Source: Candidatus Heimdallarchaeota archaeon
GTDB lineage: Archaea; Asgardarchaeota; Heimdallarchaeia; Heimdallarchaeales; Heimdallarchaeaceae
DNA length: 10,965 bases
Assembly (NCBI GenBank): GCA_021399395.1
Contig: JAAFKJ010000186.1
Span: 1-10,965 of the forward strand
Direction of reading: 5' to 3'
Shown here: one piece after another, positions 1 through 7,088 of the stretch
Numbering within the stretch: position 1 is the stretch's first letter
Layout: each line of letters begins with the position of its first letter
Translations under genes and position numbers: made by a program
The notes under the pieces: model-generated
Seen by the model: only the letters and a program-made list of their open reading frames with translations
What the model was told of the DNA's origin: nothing
Database searches by the model: none

Positions 1-1
1 T

Positions 2-1027
2 GAATTTGAAATAATCATAAAATCAATAGAAGATGAGATACGAAGTAATCCATCTCCAATAATCAATTCATACCTGATTTCTTTGAAAGGAATGTATAAT
101 GTTAGAAAACTAAACTATGGACTAGCAGAGAAAGATTTCAAAGAAGCACTAAGAATTGCAGATGAGCAAGGAAGAGGCGAACTTTCAGCGAAAATTCTGA
201 TGAACTTGATTCTTCTATATTTGGGGAAATATGATTTAGAAAAAGATCCAAAAATCTTGGATTTGACTTTGAATACTGTTGACTATATTTTACCATATTT
301 TGCAGAAAACAAATTGCACAAAGAACATGCTGTTATGTATTTGCTCCAAGGTAAAATCTATGCTATAAAAGAAGAGTATTCAAAAGCTTTTAACAGCTTA
401 CAACAAGCACGAGAGATTCCCATAATCAGTGACAACAAACAATTAAAATCACTTATTGATAATAGAATTGACCAATTAAACAAAGTCTTTCCAACAAAAC
501 AAACTGAAGGAATCGAGTGGATAATTGAACCTTTCAGGAAAGAAATTTCAAGTTTAGAAGAAATAGGAATAAGACATATGCAAAAATCCTATGTCGAATT
601 AGAAGTTCTACCTCTTGCATTCATAATTCTTCACAGATCAGGAATCCCTCTTCGATCATATGTGATTTTGAAGAAAGCGGTCAAAGATCAATTGTTATTT
701 GGAGGGTTCATTGTAGCAATCCGAGATATGCTCTCAGAACTTTTTGAAGAACAAAAGAGTCAGATGCTTGTAATAACCTATGGTAATCACAAAATAATCA
801 TTGAAGCTCATCCTAAAGGTTTTAGCTCGGTTGCAGTAAGTGCATTAGATTCATTTTCTCTCAGAAGGAAAATCCATCAGCTAACAGACAAATTAGCTAC
901 TCTTGATATACCTAAACAATATCATGGGGAATTAGAACCTGGATTAAGCAAATCAATAGATGAAGAAGTCAAATTATTGTTTGGTTCAACCTTAGTATAT
1001 AGTGATGCGATTAAAGTAGATTTTTAA
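2..1027 (+). CDS. TPR/alpha-solenoid protein with C-terminal longin-like domain (5'-truncated by window edge)
   Basis: The frame is open from base 2 (EFEIIIKSIEDEIRSNPSPIINSYLISLKGMY...), so the TTG at 83 is probably not the start. TPR-like helical pairs: AEKDFKEALRIA...AKILMNL and AVMYLLQGKIYAIKEEYSKAFNSLQQAREI. The C-terminus (~611-980) follows longin order beta-beta-alpha-beta-beta-beta-alpha-alpha: AFIILHRSGIPLRSY / DQLLFGGFIVAIRDMLSELF / ITYGNHKIIIE / SSVAVS / SLRRKIHQLTDKL. Confidence 0.85.
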   Translation, partial: EFEIIIKSIEDEIRSNPSPIINSYLISLKGMYNVRKLNYGLAEKDFKEALRIADEQGRGELSAKILMNLILLYLGKYDLEKDPKILDLTLNTVDYILPYFAENKLHKEHAVMYLLQGKIYAIKEEYSKAFNSLQQAREIPIISDNKQLKSLIDNRIDQLNKVFPTKQTEGIEWIIEPFRKEISSLEEIGIRHMQKSYVELEVLPLAFIILHRSGIPLRSYVILKKAVKDQLLFGGFIVAIRDMLSELFEEQKSQMLVITYGNHKIIIEAHPKGFSSVAVSALDSFSLRRKIHQLTDKLATLDIPKQYHGELEPGLSKSIDEEVKLLFGSTLVYSDAIKVDF

Positions 1028-1057
1028 AGAGTAATCCCATATCTTCTATGTTAAAAA

Positions 1058-1063
1058 GAGGAG
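1058..1063 (+). promoter_or_regulatory. Shine-Dalgarno-like site for the 1068 CDS
   Basis: GAGGAG ends 4 nt before ATG 1068, in a 40-nt gap after the upstream same-strand gene. Confidence 0.6.
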
Positions 1064-1067
1064 TAAA

Positions 1068-3083
1068 ATGATTTCTAACTTACCTATTTTTGTGAGAAAA
1101 GAACTTGAATTTTATCAGCAAGGTATTGAAGATTCTGTAGAAGAATTATTTACTTCTGTAATTGGACAAGAAACTGATGAAATAAAGATCCGACAAACTA
1201 TCTCAAATTATTTCTCCTCGAAAACAACAGGTGACCTTGAAGATAATGAGAAAGTATTGCTTCTTGGAAATTTTCTTCTGTGTTACTGGAGTAAGGAGTA
1301 TGAGACTATAATCGAGCATTTTCTTAAATTCAAGGAAAACCTGCTTGGGGAGAATCTTTCAATCCATATCTGTTATCTTCTCTCCGTGAGAGACATGTTT
1401 CTGTTTGAAGAATACAATGAAATTTATCAATCAATAGAAGAAATAATTGAGAAAGAAGAACATGAGAAATCAAAGGAATATCTCACTTTAGCTCTACAGG
1501 AATTTTCAGCTGTAACTCAGAAACGTCCAGATTTTGGTTTCAAAGCACTGAATGAGCTGTTACGTTATTTGTCTAGTCCCGGAGATGATATAACTAAATA
1601 TTCTTTCATTTTAGATGCGTTAATGACTGACTTAGTTAACTTCGCTTATACAATTGCAGATGATACACTCAAGGATCTGTGGTTAGATAGTGCAGTTCAA
1701 AGAGCAGAAACATTTGAAAACAAGGGAATGGAAAGCATATTATGCGATTTACTTGTTTCTCTTTCCTTAAAAGAATATGATATCAAAGGAGCAAATAAAC
1801 ATCTTGAAAAAGGCCTAAGTTTAGCTAAAAAAATCTCCTCTGAGAGACTCAATTCAATTTTACTACTGAACTCTGCGGTAATAGAAAAGATGAAAGGAGA
1901 CTTAGCTTCTGCTTTAGAGATTTACAAAAGTCTTCTCAAGACTTCAAAGGTATTCACACCTATTCAACTTGAAATTCTTGAAAAAATGGGGGATATCTAT
2001 CTCCTAAATGAAGAAATGGAAAAAACAATTGAATTTTACAATCAAGCACATGAAATAAATGAAAAATATAACTTTCCTAACCCAATGATAGAGATAGTAT
2101 ATGGTTACATCAATTTACTTGAAGGAAAAGATGAAGGAGAAATCTTAGAGCATGGTATGAAACTTGCTCAAGAGCAATTTGATTTCAATGCAATGTCTTA
2201 CTATTTCTTTTACAAAGGAATGTTCCATCAGAAGAAAGTTGACTTAGCAACAGCTGTTAAGTTCTTTGAAAGATCTCTCGAATTTTTTGAGAACCAAGTC
2301 ATTTTAGAAGGAATACTCTACACTTATGCCGCTCTAGTTGATATTTATTTTGAAATGTACAGAATTACAGACAACAATGACTTCGCCTTAAAATTCCTTT
2401 ATTTTGTTGATAACTTAATAGATGTAACAGCTGAGATTGAACATTCTATTTACATTGATGCAATTATGACAAAAGCTGGTTATTATCGCTTCCGAAATAT
2501 GGAAGAAGAAGCAGAAGAAACTCTAAAACAAGGGATAGAATTTGCTGGAGCACATAAATTTGATGATAGAGTTGATGAATTGAATGTGATTTTAGAACAG
2601 AAGAAATCTTTGATACAAGAACTGAGAGGATCAAGAAAATTGTTCTCGAAAATACGTCAATTCTCGTTTGGAACACATAAGAAAATTCCAATAATACTTT
2701 ACCTTCTACTTGTAATTGATGAAGGGGGATTACCTCTTTATTCATATAATTTTTCGAAGAAGCAAGATATTGATGATCTACTTATTTCTGGTTTGATTTC
2801 AGCTATCATTAACTTCTCCCAAGAAGTATTGGGAAAGGGAGTAGAAACACTGCGAAGTATAATACATGAAGGTAGATCTGTCATAATTGAGAGACAAGAC
2901 AATGTTATGGCAGTTTTAGTCTCAGATAATGAAACCTTTGAAAGCAGACTACAGGTTCGAAAGTTTTTGAAAGAAGCAATGGGTACAATCAAACAGAAAA
3001 TAACAGCTAAAACTATAGATCAAGAAGAATTTCAGCCTTTAGTTGAAACTATATTTAAAGAAGCACCCTTTACAGTTGAATAG
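1068..3083 (+). CDS. TPR-repeat protein with C-terminal longin-like domain (671 aa)
   Basis: Several TPR-like units (GDLASALEIYKSLL; EKMGDIYLLNEEMEKTIEFYNQAHEI; KGMFHQKKVDLATAVKFFERSLE). The C-terminal ~130 aa (~2685-3080) read LLVIDEGGLPLYSYNF / DDLLISGLISAIINFSQEVLG / LRSIIHEGRSVIIE / VMAVLVSD / helix / helix, the pattern of Asgard longin-like domains. SD-like site present. Confidence 0.88.
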   Translation: MISNLPIFVRKELEFYQQGIEDSVEELFTSVIGQETDEIKIRQTISNYFSSKTTGDLEDNEKVLLLGNFLLCYWSKEYETIIEHFLKFKENLLGENLSIHICYLLSVRDMFLFEEYNEIYQSIEEIIEKEEHEKSKEYLTLALQEFSAVTQKRPDFGFKALNELLRYLSSPGDDITKYSFILDALMTDLVNFAYTIADDTLKDLWLDSAVQRAETFENKGMESILCDLLVSLSLKEYDIKGANKHLEKGLSLAKKISSERLNSILLLNSAVIEKMKGDLASALEIYKSLLKTSKVFTPIQLEILEKMGDIYLLNEEMEKTIEFYNQAHEINEKYNFPNPMIEIVYGYINLLEGKDEGEILEHGMKLAQEQFDFNAMSYYFFYKGMFHQKKVDLATAVKFFERSLEFFENQVILEGILYTYAALVDIYFEMYRITDNNDFALKFLYFVDNLIDVTAEIEHSIYIDAIMTKAGYYRFRNMEEEAEETLKQGIEFAGAHKFDDRVDELNVILEQKKSLIQELRGSRKLFSKIRQFSFGTHKKIPIILYLLLVIDEGGLPLYSYNFSKKQDIDDLLISGLISAIINFSQEVLGKGVETLRSIIHEGRSVIIERQDNVMAVLVSDNETFESRLQVRKFLKEAMGTIKQKITAKTIDQEEFQPLVETIFKEAPFTVE

Positions 3084-3121
3084 AAATAAAGATAGAAAGT
3101 AGATTACTTTCTTTTTCTTTT
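3084..3121. terminator. Putative bidirectional oligo-T (archaeal-type) termination region between convergent genes
   Basis: The minus strand after the protease stop reads TCTACTTTCTATCTTTATTT. The plus strand after the TPR-longin stop reaches TTACTTTCTTTTTCTTTT (3104-3121), although that tract is also the antisense of the KRKRK codons. No hairpin. Confidence 0.35.
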
Positions 3122-5002
3122 AATAACAAGGAATGAAGATAGAATAGTCATCGCTATAAATATGAAATTGATGGAGGTAGCTGTTTCTGTAAGTGTGGGA
3201 GTTGGTGTTTCTGTTACACTAGGGTCGTCTAGATAGTAGTAGAATAAATCAATAGCATCGATGGTAGCTTTAGCTGCATTGATACAAGATAAATAATCCA
3301 TACTAGTATAATTCGCTGAAGCTTGTTGTAGTAATAAACCGATATCAGTAATGTATGGAACAAGATAATCTGGTGATCCTGCATTCACGAAATCTTCGAA
3401 AGCAAATTCATTATGTAGACTAGCATAACTGTAAAAATAATTACCATGAGCTCTAGCAAGAGCATCAATGTAGAAAGTACTAAAACTCTCTTCTCCTCTA
3501 GAAAAGTAGTTCATAGCATCTTCAAGGAATGAAGAACCCCAACCATAATATTCACTATGAGGATGAGGATAACCAAGACTATGTCCAAGTTCATGAATCA
3601 TTATTGCAGACATTCCAGATCTGAGAAAATCGGGATCACCACCCTTAAACAATGAATACTGATCAGCAACAAGAATTTCCCATCCCATTCCACCCAAACC
3701 TGCAAATGGAATACCATCATATTGTAATCCAACTTCATCATTTAGGAAGAAATAGCAGGGAAGTATTACATCGGCAGCATCATAGTCAAAATGTGCAGAT
3801 AATTGAACTGTAAGCATACTGAAGAACTCAGGCATAATTTCCACATAAGGACCATTTACGTCATATTGAACATTATCTGCAATGTAATCATACAGAATTG
3901 GATAATCCTGAATATTGACATATTCAACGTCTATTATCCATTCTATCCATGGTAAGTCTATCTCTAGCTGATTTTGGATTCTTGTATCTGAGATAACCCA
4001 ATTTAACTCCTCCATTGTGTAGCCTACATTCGTTAGATTGTTGAAAACTTTTACTTGCAATGAATATGATTCAGCTATAGGTGTTGCATAATAATACCCT
4101 CCAAAAACATTTAGAATATATGAAAGAATATAATCTGAAATATATTCAGAGAGAATTGAGTTTCCTGAAACTGAATAAATATCAACAAGTTGAGATAATT
4201 CATCAATATCGCGGTAATCATAATAGCTAAAATCACCCAATCCCATTCCATAGTAAGCACCCCATGCTATTTCGATCCAATCATAATACCATGTTCTAGC
4301 AGAAAGATCTAAGAAACAAAATCTATAATCTCCACCCCATCCTAAAGTTGTAACATATGGTATGTCACTGAAACCAGAAAACCAAGAAGATATTGTTTCA
4401 TTTGTGTCAAAATCTAACGATTCGGTTTTATACCAATGTTCTAAACTGTGATCTTTAGCATCAAAAACAGAGAAATTCAAGAAGAATAGAGAATAACCTG
4501 GTTTAGCTGGATCTTCCTCGAAGAGATTATTGTAAATGTATTCTTCTGTTAGTTCTGCATCCATTAACAACCCATCTTGAGGGATAAAAATATCGTTTCT
4601 CTCACCTGAAGCTAAATCTAATTCAAGTTGAGTTGCATTGAGATCATAACCAGTTCCTGTGCCATTAGTGCCCATGGTCTCAATATAGGTTGCAAAGTCA
4701 TTATACTCAGTTTCTGAAGCATAATTGAATTCAAGACTAATATTGAAAATAGTTATACCTACAGTTGGATTACCTTGTTGAAAATTTAGATTTAATCCCT
4801 CTTCAATTTCTGTCTCATTCAGCAATCCTTCATCAAATCCTAAAAACTCAAGTTTAAGTGTAAAATCTGTGTCTAAACTATAATCAGCAAGAGCACCTAA
4901 TGCTGAAACTCGACCAGAGTAAGTTTCTGGATTTATTGAAGTAACAAGAATGAAATTTAGAGAAATAAGAATAGTGAAAAACAGAATATGTTCCCTCTTC
5001 AT
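3104..5002 (-). CDS. Secreted, C-terminally membrane-anchored zinc metalloprotease (metzincin-type), 632 aa
   Basis: N-terminal signal peptide (MKREHILFFTILISLNFILV). Zinc motif HELGHSLGYPH = HExxHxxGxxH at 3563-3595, with a candidate Met-turn (DAMNY) downstream. C-terminal TETPTPTLTET linker, hydrophobic helix, then KRKRK. Very acidic; eight N-x-S/T sequons counted by eye. Confidence 0.85.
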   Translation of the reverse strand: MKREHILFFTILISLNFILVTSINPETYSGRVSALGALADYSLDTDFTLKLEFLGFDEGLLNETEIEEGLNLNFQQGNPTVGITIFNISLEFNYASETEYNDFATYIETMGTNGTGTGYDLNATQLELDLASGERNDIFIPQDGLLMDAELTEEYIYNNLFEEDPAKPGYSLFFLNFSVFDAKDHSLEHWYKTESLDFDTNETISSWFSGFSDIPYVTTLGWGGDYRFCFLDLSARTWYYDWIEIAWGAYYGMGLGDFSYYDYRDIDELSQLVDIYSVSGNSILSEYISDYILSYILNVFGGYYYATPIAESYSLQVKVFNNLTNVGYTMEELNWVISDTRIQNQLEIDLPWIEWIIDVEYVNIQDYPILYDYIADNVQYDVNGPYVEIMPEFFSMLTVQLSAHFDYDAADVILPCYFFLNDEVGLQYDGIPFAGLGGMGWEILVADQYSLFKGGDPDFLRSGMSAIMIHELGHSLGYPHPHSEYYGWGSSFLEDAMNYFSRGEESFSTFYIDALARAHGNYFYSYASLHNEFAFEDFVNAGSPDYLVPYITDIGLLLQQASANYTSMDYLSCINAAKATIDAIDLFYYYLDDPSVTETPTPTLTETATSINFIFIAMTILSSFLVIKRKRK

Positions 5003-5003
5003 G

Positions 5004-5024
5004 GGAGTATAATGAACATACTCC
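5004..5024. promoter_or_regulatory. Inverted repeat GGAGTAT-N7-ATACTCC next to the protease start codon (operator or mRNA hairpin)
   Basis: Perfect 7-bp arms at 5004-5010 and 5018-5024, extendable to 5001-5027 with one mismatch. Lies 1 nt upstream of ATG 5002 (minus strand). Confidence 0.5.
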
Positions 5025-5050
5025 TATTTTAGTTTAACGAAATAAAGATA

Positions 5051-7021
5051 TCAAAGTTTGAGAGGTCTAACTTGGTATTTCAATCCAATTATTTTCATGA
5101 CATCTACGGCATCTTCGATAAGGTTTGCGGATATTTCTAATGCTTCGATTATTTGTATGATATACATTGATTCTACAGCGTTTAGTTTTCCTAAATCCTT
5201 TGTAGCTATTGCTAGTCCTTTTTGACTGTTGGTGTCTAATTTATTTTCTAATCTGTGAACATCCTCAAAGATAGGGTGAGATGCTAGAGGTTGGATGCAA
5301 ACTACTTCAAGTGCATCAACAGTTCGCGATATCATCTCGAGTAGCAATTTTTTCTCTTTTCGTAGATATTTAATAAAGGAATCAGGAAGTTTCTCTCTTG
5401 GGATAAGTATTAATTTTCTAATTGATCGTAAAGTGAAACCAATCGATGAATCGAGAATGTCAACTATCTTATAGAAATGATAATCATCAGGCGCTGGACG
5501 TATTTTACCATACAATGCTTGCGTGACCTTCATCACTAAATCATCAGCTTCTCTTTCAATATTCTTTGCATCTTCGATGGCTTCTGAACAGTAATCTATG
5601 TCCTTACCTTCAATGTATGAAGAGAATGCTTTTTTGATCTCGCTATAAAAATCTCTTACTTTCTTACTGTGTTTCAAGGAAATACTTGCTTGTACCCATC
5701 CTGGTCGTGTTTCTGTAGCTAAGAATAGAAATGACAGAGCGATTACACCAAGAATAATTCCAATAATTAAGAAAGGAAATTTCAATTGGTTCTCTAACTG
5801 AATTTTAATCGGATCTGTAATCTCAGGATTATTCCATATATTAAGTTTAGTTGCAGAAAAAGTTAATCCCATAGCTATTAGTGGTCCTGTGAAATACCCT
5901 GAGTCTAAAGAAGCTCGGTATAACCCTAGACTTTGTTCTCTTTTAACTATTGGAACTACGTCTCTAGTTATGGAGGGTAAACTTGGATAATAGATTGCTG
6001 TTCCTATTCCTGCAAGAATTGCTAAAAGAATAATGTATACATGATTATAAGTAAATGTTAGAACTATGATCGCAACGCCTTCAATAAGCAATCCTATTAT
6101 AATGGCTTCTTTTCTTCCAAATCTGTCACTTATTCGACCTGTAATAGGCATTGAAAGTGCCCAAGCCAGTGTGAAACCTGAAGTAACCAAACCTATCTCG
6201 GTGAGAGTAAAATCATAACCTTCTATACTCACAAGTATTGGAAGCAGTAGAACAATTAGACTATCCATTATTCTTGAAAAATGTCCCGCCAAGTAGGATA
6301 ATAGTAAGGTAGGTGTTTTGAGAATATTTCTCATTCTCCATTTTGTTTCAACCTTTGTTGAATCAAGTAGAATCTCCTCTTTTGTTCCTTTGACTAATTC
6401 TTTTGTTTCAACTTTTCTAAGCAGAATTATACCTAATATTACTGCGACACCTGCAACTACAAGTGCAAAAATAAAACTTGCTGTAAATTCATCTGACTGG
6501 AGATTTTGAATCAAACCAGCAAAAAACGCACCTACACTTGATCCTAAGTAGACAGAAAATTCCATCGTTCCTACTGAGAAGGCACTGCCTTCAGATCCAG
6601 CGATTTCTGTGAGTGCAGACATTGATGACGTAAAGAATAATCCCAGACCAGCTCCTATGAAAACATTACCAATTATAAGACCTGCTAATTGGATGTACTC
6701 AGCTAAAACTATTGAAATAGAACCGAGAAAAAGTAAAGATAAACCGATTCGCATTGTATTTTTGCGCTTAAACTTAGCGCTTAGTCTAGAACTAAAGAAA
6801 CCAGCTATTCCTTTGAATAACCCATAGGCAATAATTGTTGACGCAACTTGTAAAAATACTAGAACCTCTGTGATATCTGTACCTGATAAATCCTTAGCAT
6901 AAAGTGCTAACGAAGTACGTTGTACCCCGTAAGTAATACCCGCTAACAGTAAAGTACTAATAAGTGGAGCCCATTTTGGAAAACTAGTGCGAATGTTAAA
7001 AGATTTAGAACTAGAACTCAT
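5051..7021 (-). CDS. MFS transporter fused to a C-terminal DUF47 (PhoU-like, Pit-accessory type) domain
   Basis: About 12 hydrophobic segments, with MFS motif A GRISDRFGRK and a degenerate copy SRLSAKFKRK. The MFS part ends near ETRPG (~5700). It is followed in frame by ~210 soluble helical residues with two PhoU-like repeats (AKNIEREADDLVMKV...IVDILDS; VHRLENKLD...IIEALEISANLIEDAVDVM). I prefer ATG 7021 (MSSSS) over TTG 7033 as the start, but this is uncertain. Confidence 0.85.
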   Translation of the reverse strand: MSSSSKSFNIRTSFPKWAPLISTLLLAGITYGVQRTSLALYAKDLSGTDITEVLVFLQVASTIIAYGLFKGIAGFFSSRLSAKFKRKNTMRIGLSLLFLGSISIVLAEYIQLAGLIIGNVFIGAGLGLFFTSSMSALTEIAGSEGSAFSVGTMEFSVYLGSSVGAFFAGLIQNLQSDEFTASFIFALVVAGVAVILGIILLRKVETKELVKGTKEEILLDSTKVETKWRMRNILKTPTLLLSYLAGHFSRIMDSLIVLLLPILVSIEGYDFTLTEIGLVTSGFTLAWALSMPITGRISDRFGRKEAIIIGLLIEGVAIIVLTFTYNHVYIILLAILAGIGTAIYYPSLPSITRDVVPIVKREQSLGLYRASLDSGYFTGPLIAMGLTFSATKLNIWNNPEITDPIKIQLENQLKFPFLIIGIILGVIALSFLFLATETRPGWVQASISLKHSKKVRDFYSEIKKAFSSYIEGKDIDYCSEAIEDAKNIEREADDLVMKVTQALYGKIRPAPDDYHFYKIVDILDSSIGFTLRSIRKLILIPREKLPDSFIKYLRKEKKLLLEMISRTVDALEVVCIQPLASHPIFEDVHRLENKLDTNSQKGLAIATKDLGKLNAVESMYIIQIIEALEISANLIEDAVDVMKIIGLKYQVRPLKL

Positions 7022-7088
7022 ATTGAACAACAATATTATAAGTTCGAAGTTCTTGAATATTTCGTCCTAACCCAGAGAAGGTAGAAAG
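7022..7088. promoter_or_regulatory. Divergent promoter region (MFS-DUF47 / GT87-like) with TATA-like element and SD-like site
   Basis: Short intergenic region between divergent genes. TATTATAA at 7034-7041; GAAGGT at 7077-7082, 6 nt before ATG 7089. Confidence 0.4.

Noticed and set aside
83-85. TTG start given for the first ORF
   Set aside because: The frame is open back to base 2 with plausible helical sequence, so the gene most likely starts upstream of the window.
2464-2745. 93-aa minus-strand ORF
   Set aside because: Antisense shadow fully inside the TPR-longin CDS, with no recognisable motif.
2738-2992. 84-aa minus-strand ORF
   Set aside because: Antisense to the longin domain coding region; composition looks like a reverse-frame artefact.
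611-3080. Roadblock/MglB assignment for the two C-terminal domains
   Set aside because: The predicted element order, ending in two helices after the three-strand meander, fits longin better; a profile search should confirm since the folds are related.
6318-6509. 63-aa plus-strand ORF
   Set aside because: Antisense shadow of the MFS gene, non-ATG start, no motif.
6609-6827. 72-aa plus-strand ORF
   Set aside because: Antisense shadow of MFS transmembrane codons; the K/P/I/N-rich composition is what reversed hydrophobic codons give.
7050-7057. TTCnnGAA heat-shock-element-like motif
   Set aside because: Single short instance, expected by chance in AT-rich DNA.
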